Positions 17,701-25,616 of a DNA stretch of 38,076 nucleotides are shown here, piece by piece; positions within the stretch are counted from its first letter, which is position 1, and each line of letters begins with the position of its first letter. A program made the position numbers and the translations under genes. This stretch comes from an uncultured Eubacteriales bacterium. Lineage in GTDB: Bacteria > Acidobacteriota > Aminicenantia > Aminicenantales > Aminicenantaceae. The notes beneath the pieces are model-generated. The model searched no databases. It worked only from the letters and a program-made list of their open reading frames with translations, and was not told the origin of the DNA. The DNA is taken from the NCBI GenBank assembly GCA_964640835.1, contig CAZXJE010000003.1:1-38076 (forward strand), given 5' to 3'.

Positions 17701-18807
17701 ATGAAAGCCAGTGAAATCCAGAATAGAATGAAGCCAATTCGGCATATTCTCTTCATTGCCCTTATCACAGTTCTGTGTTTTACATTTTCTTTGGCTGAGG
17801 AACTGCCATGCGAATGGACTGGAGTCAAAAAAATCGTAGCGATCGGGGACCTGCACGGAGACTACAAGAACTTTGTGGAAATACTGAAAGGAGTTAAACT
17901 TGTCGATGACTCTCTCCATTGGAAAGGTGGAGAAATTCACTTCGTTCAGACAGGGGACATCTTAGACAGAGGACCGGATGGAAAAAAAATACTCGATCTG
18001 ATCCTGCTCCTGGAAAAAGAGGCCGAAGAAGCTGGAGGAATGGTCCACATGTTGATCGGAAACCATGAGGAGATGAATATTACGGGTATTGCCATCGACA
18101 ATCCGAGATATGTAACAGTAGAGCAATTTATATCTTTTCTTCCCGATGATTTTAGAGAAAACAAAGAGGAAGATTTTAAAAAAAAATATGACAAAAATAA
18201 TAACAAATCTTCAAACTCCGCTCTTTCTTATGAAACAGAGTTAAGAAATTACTGGGCCGATGTTTTGAAAAAGGACAGAAAAGCGAAAGCAGAGTACACA
18301 AGATATTTTAACGATAACTACGGAAAGTGGATCATAAAACACAACGCCGTAATAAAGATCAATGAAACGGTCTTTGTTCATGGTGGAATCAGCAATAGCT
18401 ACTCTAAGAAGAGCTTAAAGGATATCAACAACCAATTGCGAAGGGAGTTGGAGGAATTCCGGCTGGCACTAAAGAGGGGAAGAGCTTTGAGGTCTCAGCC
18501 GAAAATTGTGTACGATCAGAATGGCCCTCTGTGGTACAGAGGTTTGGCTATAAAGGAGGATGTGAATTTTGCGGAAGAAGTAAAAAAAATCCTGAATAAT
18601 CTCGGGGCTAAAAATATGGTGATCGCTCATACTCCCCAGAGAGGGAGCAGTAGTGTAGTCTCTGAAGAATTCGTTAGCCGCTATGATGAGAGTATCTGGA
18701 TCATCGATACAGGCATTTCCGAAGTGTATGGAGGTTTTTTAAGTGCATTGATCATAGAAGAAGGGGACATCTGGCTATGGCCAGAGGGGGAAATTAATGA
18801 AAATTAA
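17701..18807 (+). CDS. Secreted PPP-family (calcineurin-like/Shelph-like) metallophosphatase
   Basis: PPP signatures GDLHGD, GDILDRG and GNHE. Signal peptide ...MKPIRHILFIALITVLCFTFSLA-EE. ATG at 17701 is preceded by AGGGAG. The ORF extends up to a GTG at 17662, so the start is uncertain. Confidence 0.8.
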   Translation: MKASEIQNRMKPIRHILFIALITVLCFTFSLAEELPCEWTGVKKIVAIGDLHGDYKNFVEILKGVKLVDDSLHWKGGEIHFVQTGDILDRGPDGKKILDLILLLEKEAEEAGGMVHMLIGNHEEMNITGIAIDNPRYVTVEQFISFLPDDFRENKEEDFKKKYDKNNNKSSNSALSYETELRNYWADVLKKDRKAKAEYTRYFNDNYGKWIIKHNAVIKINETVFVHGGISNSYSKKSLKDINNQLRRELEEFRLALKRGRALRSQPKIVYDQNGPLWYRGLAIKEDVNFAEEVKKILNNLGAKNMVIAHTPQRGSSSVVSEEFVSRYDESIWIIDTGISEVYGGFLSALIIEEGDIWLWPEGEINEN

Positions 18808-19588
18808 ACTAATTCTGGCAGTTGGATTTTTGATGATCTTGAACACAACATTCATCTGTGGAAAGGAGTTTCATCCCGTTCAGGAAAATGCAGACATGAA
18901 CAAATTGGAAAAATATCTAAAAACAGCTGAAATTTATGAAGTCGAGATCGATAAATATGAAGGGAGAACGGCTCCATGGGGAGTAGTATTGAATGATGGA
19001 GAGATAAGCAGACAAGCGATATTCAAGTATGCCAATCGGCCCCGACCTACTCTTCTTCCAGATAGCTATCATTACGAAATTGCTGCTTATGAGATAAGCA
19101 AACTTTTAGAATACCTCGTGGTCCCACCTGTCGTGGAAAGAGAGGTTAAGGAAACACTGGGATCTCTTCACATATATCTCGAGGGATGTTTTTCGCTGAT
19201 TCATCGACAAAGAATAGGCACAAAATCCAATGACTCCCAAAAATTTTCTGATGCTCTATGCGAGATCTCTGTTTTTGAGAACTTGGTTTTTTGTGAAAGA
19301 GATCCCGAAGATATTTACATCCAAGAGAGCGATTGGAAGATCTGGCGTGTTGATTTTTCTGAGGCATTTGCGCCTTTCGCGGAGCTAATTTCTGAGGCTG
19401 CTATCACAAGATGTTCGAAGGAGCTTTTCCATAATCTGCAGAGATTGGAAGCGAGCGAGATAAAAAAAGTGCTCGAGCCCCATCTTAACGACGAGGAGAT
19501 AGATGCCCTCCTCAAAAGAAAAGATCTGATCATCGATAAAATCAAGCTTTTGATCGAGGAAAAGGGCGAAGACGCCGTCCTATTCTAG
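18797..19588 (+). CDS. Secreted type-II-PI4K-like kinase-fold paralogue 1 (catalytic loop degenerate)
   Basis: Signal peptide. Shares YLKTAEI, YHYEIAAYEISKLL...VPPV.ERE, GSLH and the C-terminal LNDEEIDALLKRKDLI...EEKGEDAVLF with the paralogues at 21256 and 22142. CERDPEDI replaces NEDRxxxN. The start overlaps the phosphatase gene by 11 nt. Confidence 0.65.
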   Translation: MKIKLILAVGFLMILNTTFICGKEFHPVQENADMNKLEKYLKTAEIYEVEIDKYEGRTAPWGVVLNDGEISRQAIFKYANRPRPTLLPDSYHYEIAAYEISKLLEYLVVPPVVEREVKETLGSLHIYLEGCFSLIHRQRIGTKSNDSQKFSDALCEISVFENLVFCERDPEDIYIQESDWKIWRVDFSEAFAPFAELISEAAITRCSKELFHNLQRLEASEIKKVLEPHLNDEEIDALLKRKDLIIDKIKLLIEEKGEDAVLF

Positions 19589-19781
19589 TCCATTTTCTTA
19601 TCTAAGTGCCCAGAAAATGTGCATTCGATTATAATCCCAATTAAATCAATTTGTTAACAAAATCCCATTCGATTTTTCAACAAACTTTTGCACAGAAAGC
19701 GTGGAAAAGTAAATTAATTTCCGATTGACATTTGCAATCAATTATGAAAAATTCAAGGACGCTTCATGGAGGGAAAATAAA

Positions 19782-21176
19782 ATGGGATCTTCTGAGAATA
19801 GTCTAAGAAGTGATAAACACGGTATCTTCAATAAGTTTCTAAGCCTCTTTGCCACTGTCTATCCAGGAGAATTACCAACTGCTTTACTCCTCACTCTGAA
19901 CATCTTCTTGATCTTTGCTGCTTATTACATAATAAAGCCCATAAGAGAGGCACTGATTCTCGCTGGAAAAGGGCCTGAAATCAAAAGCTATCTCTCTGCC
20001 GTAATTGCAATTGTGCTAATTTTTGTTGTGAAAGCATTCAGTAGAGTTTCCTCTCGTTTTCCAAGACAGAAATTGATCACGTGGGTGACTCTTTTCTTTG
20101 TTTCTAACTTGGTCATATTTTATGCCCTATCATTTACAGATATCAGTCTTGGAACATTTGGCATAATTTTTTTCATTTGGATAGGCGTTTTTAATGTCCT
20201 GGTTCCTGCGCAGTTCTGGGGTTTTGCCAATGACATCTACAATCCCGAAGAAGGAAAACGACTCTTTCCAATTGTCGCTTTCGGTGCTACATTCGGAGGT
20301 TTCTTTGGAAGTGTTGGTGCGGGTGGGCTTGTCGAACCAATCGGATTATATCGAATGATGCTAGTTTCTGGCGCAATTCTATTGATTTGTATCATTTTGG
20401 CTTGGATTATTCATACCAGAGAAAAAAAGAGGGCCAAACTTAAAATATCAACGAACGGTCAAGCTGACTCCCAGCAAGAAGATGCGGAGAAACCACTGAA
20501 AAAAGGTGGAGGTTTTAAGCTTGTATTTAAAAAGAGATATCTTCTCTATATTGCTTTCTTTGTTTTATTGCTGAATTTCATAAATACGAACGGGGAGTTT
20601 ATTCTAGGGCAATATGTCAAAAAGAGTGCTCATGAAGTTGTTGAGATGGGACAATCAGAAGGATTAAACACGGAAGAATACATAGGCAAATTTTATGCGG
20701 ATTTTTATAAATATCAAAATCTTTTTGCTATTCTGATCCAACTTTTCCTTGTCTCCCGAATATTCAAGTGGATTGGAGTCAGAGGTGCAATTTTTGTTTT
20801 ACCCTTCATTGCACTTGGCGGATATGCTTTCATTGCCATCGGCGCATCCTTGCTTGTTGTGAAGTGGGTAAAAGCCACTGAAAATGGGACGGATTACTCC
20901 TTAATGAACACTACAAGACATGCTCTATTCCTCATTACATCGAGAGAAGAGAAGTATAAAGCCAAAGCTGCGATCGACACTTTTTTTCACAGATCAGGGG
21001 ATGTTCTGTCAGCCTTAGTCGTCTTTATCGGGTCCACATACCTCACTTTGAGCTCAACCGGATTTGCAGGTATTAATGTTATTTTATGCTTGATTTGGAT
21101 TTTTCTCGGAGTTTTAATAGCGAAAGAGTATAAAAGGCTTTCAGGAGAAGCAACTCCTGCAAAGGAAGCACAATAA
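19782..21176 (+). CDS. TLC (ATP/ADP translocase family)-like nucleotide transporter, short form without HEAT domain
   Basis: Polytopic protein with the motif FWGFANDIYNPEEGKRLFPIVAFGATFGG, close to rickettsial/chlamydial Tlc/Npt. ATG at 19782 is preceded by GGAGGG. The ORF extends to a TTG at 19725. Confidence 0.75.
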   Translation: MGSSENSLRSDKHGIFNKFLSLFATVYPGELPTALLLTLNIFLIFAAYYIIKPIREALILAGKGPEIKSYLSAVIAIVLIFVVKAFSRVSSRFPRQKLITWVTLFFVSNLVIFYALSFTDISLGTFGIIFFIWIGVFNVLVPAQFWGFANDIYNPEEGKRLFPIVAFGATFGGFFGSVGAGGLVEPIGLYRMMLVSGAILLICIILAWIIHTREKKRAKLKISTNGQADSQQEDAEKPLKKGGGFKLVFKKRYLLYIAFFVLLLNFINTNGEFILGQYVKKSAHEVVEMGQSEGLNTEEYIGKFYADFYKYQNLFAILIQLFLVSRIFKWIGVRGAIFVLPFIALGGYAFIAIGASLLVVKWVKATENGTDYSLMNTTRHALFLITSREEKYKAKAAIDTFFHRSGDVLSALVVFIGSTYLTLSSTGFAGINVILCLIWIFLGVLIAKEYKRLSGEATPAKEAQ

Positions 21177-21255
21177 AGATTTTGATTTTCAGAACTTGAA
21201 TGGTTATCATAGAAATGTAAACCAGTGGGGATGATTAACTTTAAGGGATAATCCA

Positions 21256-22077
21256 ATGAAAAGAAAATTCCTTTTCGTCTTGGTTTTTGGTCTTCTTCTC
21301 TCACTCGTTTCTTCTCTGTATGCACAATTTACTCCTGAAGAGATCGCCGAGCGGCCGAAAATAGAGGAGTTTCTGAGGACAGCAGAAATTATCAGGTCCA
21401 AGGATATTGGAGAGGGCGTCACAAAACCGTATAAGCTGGACATGAAAAGTGGCGATGAAGAACATAGTGGTTGCTGGAAGAATCCCAGCGGAATGCAGAA
21501 GGGTTTTATTGAGGGATGGCAGTATGAGATCGCTGCTTATGAGATGGATAAACTGTTGGGATTGAACATGATCCCACCCACAAAAGAAAGGGAATTCAAC
21601 GGAAAGAGAGGATCTCTCCAGTTCTGGATCACAAGTGAAATGAGCGATCTTGAAAGAATGGAACAGGGAATTAAAATTCCACAGGATAAGCTGGAGAGTT
21701 GGAACAAACAAAAATATTTGACGAGGGCCTTTGATTGTGTGATCGCCAACGAAGATCGAACGCAACAAAATATCCGCTACAAGAAGGATTGGCGGACGAT
21801 TCTCATCGATCATTCGCGGAGCTTCCGCTCTTCTGAGAAATTTCAGAAACAGCTGGTTTTTGGTAAAAATGGTGTATTAGCTCAAAAACTGTTCAGACGT
21901 CTTCCGTGGGTGTTTGTTGAAAACGTTAGAGCATTAAATTTTGATAAAATCAAACAAGCTGTTGGGCCATATTTAACAGATGAGGAAATCCAAGCTGTCC
22001 TGGTAAGGAAAAAACTCCTTTTGGACGAAATTGAAGAAATGATCGAAGAAAAAGGAGAGGCAAACGTCCTGTATTAG
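21256..22077 (+). CDS. Secreted type-II-PI4K-like kinase-fold paralogue 2 (motifs intact)
   Basis: Signal peptide with LYA-QF cleavage context. Motifs GCWKNPSG (candidate ATP-binding Lys), WQYEIAAYEMDKLLGLNMIPPT, GSLQFW, ANEDRTQQN (21748-21771), and LIDHSRSF. Confidence 0.65.
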   Translation: MKRKFLFVLVFGLLLSLVSSLYAQFTPEEIAERPKIEEFLRTAEIIRSKDIGEGVTKPYKLDMKSGDEEHSGCWKNPSGMQKGFIEGWQYEIAAYEMDKLLGLNMIPPTKEREFNGKRGSLQFWITSEMSDLERMEQGIKIPQDKLESWNKQKYLTRAFDCVIANEDRTQQNIRYKKDWRTILIDHSRSFRSSEKFQKQLVFGKNGVLAQKLFRRLPWVFVENVRALNFDKIKQAVGPYLTDEEIQAVLVRKKLLLDEIEEMIEEKGEANVLY

Positions 22078-22141
22078 AAATTAATTTTCTATATGGCTAT
22101 AAAGTGTGATTATCAATATAAACATGGAAGGAGGGACAAAA

Positions 22142-22975
22142 GTGAAAAAATACATCATGACTTTTTCAGTTTTTATCCTCATTTTGGGATTCAATCTTCC
22201 TTCATTTGCCCAGTTCAAGCCGGAAGAAGTGGAAGCGCGTGATAAGTGGGAAGAGTTCTTGAGGACGGCTGAAGTTACCGGTCAAGATCAACCGTTTAGT
22301 GATCGAGAGGCGGTCACAAAGCCCTGGGTGGTCACCCTGGAAAAAGACGGAGTCACGAATAAAGCGATATGGAAAAATCCTGAAGGGCGAATGAAGGGCT
22401 TTATGGAAAACTGGAGATGGGAGATCGCTGCCTATCATCTGGACAAGCATTTGAACCTTAACATGGTGCCTCCAACAGTGGAAAGACGGTTTCAAGAAAA
22501 TCGCGGATCATGCCAGTTATGGGTTGATTCCATGATGAGCCTTAGACAAAAAGTCGAGAACAAGGTAAAAACTCCCTCCTATAAAATTTTCTACTGGAAC
22601 AGAGCTCTCTATATGCAAAGGGTTTTCGACAATCTGATCGCAAATGAGGACCGCCATCAGAATCAGTATCTCATCACTGAAGATTGGCGGATGATCCTCA
22701 TAGACCATTCCCGGTCATTCCGTACAGCCAAGAAATTTACAAAGAATCTTATTTATGACGAGAAATACAAGGAAGGGCCCACATTTATTATGAAAGAAAT
22801 CCCCAAAGACCTGTATGAAAAGCTAAAAACTCTGAGTGCCGATGTCATGAAAGAAGTTGTCGGGGAATATTTGACTGATAAAGAGATCGAAGCAACTCTG
22901 ATGCGCAGGGACCTGATCATCAATTGGTTGGATAAGAGAATTAAAAAAATGGGGGAAGAAAAAGTCCTGTACTGA
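22142..22975 (+). CDS. Secreted type-II-PI4K-like kinase-fold paralogue 3 (motifs intact)
   Basis: The GTG at 22142 lies 6 nt after AAGGAGGG; the ORF extends to 22106. Signal peptide with SFA-QF cleavage context. Motifs AIWKNPEG, WRWEIAAYHLDKHLNLNMVPPT, GSCQLW, ANEDRHQNQ (22643-22666), and LIDHSRSF. Confidence 0.65.
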   Translation: MKKYIMTFSVFILILGFNLPSFAQFKPEEVEARDKWEEFLRTAEVTGQDQPFSDREAVTKPWVVTLEKDGVTNKAIWKNPEGRMKGFMENWRWEIAAYHLDKHLNLNMVPPTVERRFQENRGSCQLWVDSMMSLRQKVENKVKTPSYKIFYWNRALYMQRVFDNLIANEDRHQNQYLITEDWRMILIDHSRSFRTAKKFTKNLIYDEKYKEGPTFIMKEIPKDLYEKLKTLSADVMKEVVGEYLTDKEIEATLMRRDLIINWLDKRIKKMGEEKVLY

Positions 22976-22977
22976 AC

Positions 22978-23601
22978 TCAGCTTTTTTCGTTCATGCTGA
23001 TAATCTCATTCTCCTCAAGATAACGAATAACAGTATCTTGGCATTGTACGAGCGTGAGCTTATCTGTATCTAGTGTGAGTTCAGGATTCAGCGGTTCTTC
23101 ATAGGGAGCGGATATGCCCGTGAATTCTTTAATCTCGCCAGTCCGAGCCTTTTTATAGAGGCCTTTGGGATCTCTTTTTTCTGCCACATCCAAAGACACC
23201 TTTACAAAGATTTCAATAAATTCACCGCCCTCGAGAAGCTCTCTGTTTCGGTCTCTGTCCTTTCTGTAGGGAGATATGAATGCTGTCATGGTGATTAACC
23301 CCGCATCAGCAAACAATTTGGCCACTTCTCCGATGCGGCGGATATTTTCTTCTCGGTCCTCGGGGGAGAATCCAAGGTTTTTATTCAAACCATGGCGGAT
23401 ATTGTCTCCATCCAGAACATAGCTCAGATGACCACGCTCGAAAAGCCGTTCCTCTACGGCACGGGCGATAGTGGACTTGCCAGAGGATGAGAGACCTGTA
23501 AACCAGATCACCACGCCCTTTTGTTGAATAAAACGCTCTCTATCTAATTTGGTGATGTCTCCATCATGCCAGGTTATGTTTGTTGCTTTTTGAATGGTCA
23601 T
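22978..23601 (-). CDS. cysC: Adenylyl-sulfate (APS) kinase
   Basis: P-loop [11 protein letters not shown] and APS-kinase length. ATG at 23601 is preceded by GGAGAA. The longer ORF to 23667 runs into the repeat element and is unlikely to be real. Confidence 0.85.
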   Translation of the reverse strand: MTIQKATNITWHDGDITKLDRERFIQQKGVVIWFTGLSSSGKSTIARAVEERLFERGHLSYVLDGDNIRHGLNKNLGFSPEDREENIRRIGEVAKLFADAGLITMTAFISPYRKDRDRNRELLEGGEFIEIFVKVSLDVAEKRDPKGLYKKARTGEIKEFTGISAPYEEPLNPELTLDTDKLTLVQCQDTVIRYLEENEIISMNEKS

Positions 23602-23631
23602 TGTACATTCTCCATAATTGTATTGTAATCC

Positions 23632-23880
23632 TGAATTATTCACGAGCTGATATCGCTGCAAAGGCAAGGCAGTGGCCCATGAAGATGTAGTGAACTACCT
23701 CGAATGAGCTACAACGAAGGCTTTGTTGTGAGATCAGTTCGCCCGTAGGGTAAAAAATGTCGATTATTGTAATAAGAGCCATGAAAATGGAAACGTTAAA
23801 TTGATTTCGTGTATGGACCAAATGAGTTGTCAAAATTGTTTTATTTGTAGTAAGAATCGACATTTTTTATGAATAATTCA
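23632..23880 (+). repeat. Copy C (complete) of the structured intergenic element, lying between sat and cysC
   Basis: Bounded by TGAATTATTCA (23632-23642) and TGAATAATTCA (23870-23880); the latter overlaps the sat stop codon. The conserved core is about 23643-23756. A long-range stem ATGTCGATT (23757-23765) / AATCGACAT (23855-23863) is flanked by AAAAA and TTTTTT. Confidence 0.85.
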
Positions 23881-25047
23881 GCCTAATTTTTTGTAATAGT
23901 CCATCAGAATCTGAACAACCTCAGGCCGACTGAATTCTTTAGGAGGCATCTGCCCGTTTGCCAGCATGTCGCGCAATTTTGTGCCGCTGATGAGCACTCG
24001 GTCCTCCTTGGAATGAGGACAGGTTTTCATGGAAGCCATGCCATCGCATTTGAAACACCAAAAGGTCCAGTCGATTTTTAATGGTTTGAGATGCAGGTCG
24101 TCATCGTGGATGTCGTCAAATATTGCCTGTGCATCAAAGGGACCGTAATAGTTACCCACACCCGCATGGTCTCTGCCCACGATCAGGTGACTGCATCCGT
24201 AATTCTGGCGAAAGATGGCATGAAGGATGGCCTCCCGGGGACCGCCGTACCGCATTTCCATCGGATAGACCTTTAGCACAACCCTGTCTTCTGGATAATA
24301 ATTCTTAAGCAGGGCCAAGTAGCATTTCATGCGGATGTCTGCTGGGATATCACCGGCCTTGAGTTTTCCGACCAGCGGGTGGATCAAAATACCATCACAG
24401 ACCTCGAGAGCGATTTTTGTACAGTATTCATGGCTCCTGTGGATTGGATTCCTGGTTTGAAAAGCAGCAATCGTGGTCCATCCTTTTTCTTCAAAAATGG
24501 CCCGTGTTGTCGCGGGACGGCCATAATAATCTCCAAAGGCTTTCGGATAGGGGCCTTCGCTAAATACTTTGACAGGTCCAGACAAGAGAATATCCTGCTG
24601 GTCGTATACCTTAGCCACTCCGGGATGGGCCGCGTCCTCGGTCTTGTAAACCTGTTTGACCTCAGCTTTTTTGTTATAAGTGAATATTTCCTCTATTTTC
24701 ATACTCCCCATCATCTCGTCGCTTTCATCATCGATGAGGGCAATCTCAGAGCCTATAGGGAAGCTGTCAGCTTCTGTTTTTGTCACAGAAAGAGTGATGG
24801 GGATTGGCCAGAGCGTTCCATCAGCGAGACGCATATCTTGAACCACTCTTGTATAATCGTCCTCACCCATGAATCCTGTCAAAGGGCTAAAGGCGCCTAT
24901 GGCCATCATGATGAGATCAGATGTCTCTCTTGATGAGAGTCGCACGCGGGGCATAGCTTTTGCCCTTTCCATTTCCTCCTCACGTTCTTCACCTTCCACG
25001 AACAAGAAATTCAACCGTCCTCCATGAGGCGGCACTAACTTAGACAT
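23878..25047 (-). CDS. sat: Sulfate adenylyltransferase (ATP sulfurylase, homo-oligomeric Sat type)
   Basis: Motifs [11 protein letters not shown] and [11 protein letters not shown] at 25047 lies 5 nt after GGAGG. The ORF extends to 25059. Confidence 0.9.
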   Translation of the reverse strand: MSKLVPPHGGRLNFLFVEGEEREEEMERAKAMPRVRLSSRETSDLIMMAIGAFSPLTGFMGEDDYTRVVQDMRLADGTLWPIPITLSVTKTEADSFPIGSEIALIDDESDEMMGSMKIEEIFTYNKKAEVKQVYKTEDAAHPGVAKVYDQQDILLSGPVKVFSEGPYPKAFGDYYGRPATTRAIFEEKGWTTIAAFQTRNPIHRSHEYCTKIALEVCDGILIHPLVGKLKAGDIPADIRMKCYLALLKNYYPEDRVVLKVYPMEMRYGGPREAILHAIFRQNYGCSHLIVGRDHAGVGNYYGPFDAQAIFDDIHDDDLHLKPLKIDWTFWCFKCDGMASMKTCPHSKEDRVLISGTKLRDMLANGQMPPKEFSRPEVVQILMDYYKKLG

Positions 25048-25079
25048 TATGACCTCCACGTATTAAATACAGATTTAAA

Positions 25080-25484
25080 CTAAGTGAATGTTTTGTAAAT
25101 AGTGAGAATATTCTGATCGTTTTCTCTTTTATAATCGAATCCATCCATGAGTTTTCTTGCAAGAAAAATCCCGAATCCACCCTTCTGTCCGTTTGAGATC
25201 ATTTTTTCTAAATCAGGGTCCTCAACCGTTATCGGATCAAAGGGGATGCCATCATCACTGATCTCGAGGTAGAACTTATTGTTGTCCTCCCAGGTCTTCA
25301 GATGGATGTTTCCTTGGTCTTCTGGATAAGCATAACGAATGATATTGACACAAATTTCGAGCATTGACAACTCGATAGCATAATAATCCGTTTCTGAAAT
25401 AGAGAGTGCGCTCAAATTTTCCTTGAGGTAAGCTCTGATTTTATTCAGCTCTGCCAAGTCGCTAACAACAGTGAGTGTTTTCAT
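25080..25484 (-). CDS. Anti-sigma regulatory factor-type serine kinase (RsbW/SpoIIAB-like, HATPase_c)
   Basis: 134 aa with an N-box-like EICVNIIRYAY, SDDGIPFDP, and the G-box GGFGIFLARKLMD. It lies 32 nt upstream of sat on the same strand. Confidence 0.8.
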   Translation of the reverse strand: MKTLTVVSDLAELNKIRAYLKENLSALSISETDYYAIELSMLEICVNIIRYAYPEDQGNIHLKTWEDNNKFYLEISDDGIPFDPITVEDPDLEKMISNGQKGGFGIFLARKLMDGFDYKRENDQNILTIYKTFT

Positions 25485-25616
25485 CCGAAATATCTTTGAG
25501 TGAAAAACACAGGAATTCTGTGTCCCTAGAATTCTACCAAAAGGTCATTGCAAAGTCATTCTTTTTGTGTTACTTTTTTTGTTTATCTTTTTTAATCAAC
25601 AGGATGGAGGCAAATC

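Noticed and set aside
19591-19619. Terminator after kinase-like paralogue 1 (CATTTTCT...AGAAAATG)
   Set aside because: The stem is 8 bp, all but one pair A-U, with a 13-nt loop and no clear U-tract. It is too weak to call. Whether the TLC gene has its own promoter (TTGACA at 19726) remains open.
23643-23756. Self-cleaving ribozyme (hammerhead or twister) in the repeat core
   Set aside because: CUGAUA, CGAA and GGGUAAAAG resemble pieces of hammerhead and twister cores. However, the obligatory CUGAUGA...GAAA arrangement and the twister pseudoknot strands are not present in the right order.
23636-23863. 75-aa minus-strand ORF, and the similar 76-aa ORF at 28873-29103, overlapping the repeat elements. 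A small conserved protein seemed possible.
   Set aside because: The similarity simply mirrors the nucleotide repeat. The copies differ by insertions that are not multiples of 3 (16-, 17- and 20-nt modules). Copy B has no equivalent ORF. There is no SD, and the compensatory base changes fit RNA or DNA structure rather than coding.
25485-25616. SAM or SAH riboswitch upstream of metK-ahcY
   Set aside because: No SAM-I, SAM-II or SAH consensus strings were recognisable. The only structure is a short inverted repeat, ACACAG-GAATT-CTGTGT, at about 25508-25524. The region is AT-rich and only 132 nt long. Infernal would be needed to exclude small classes.
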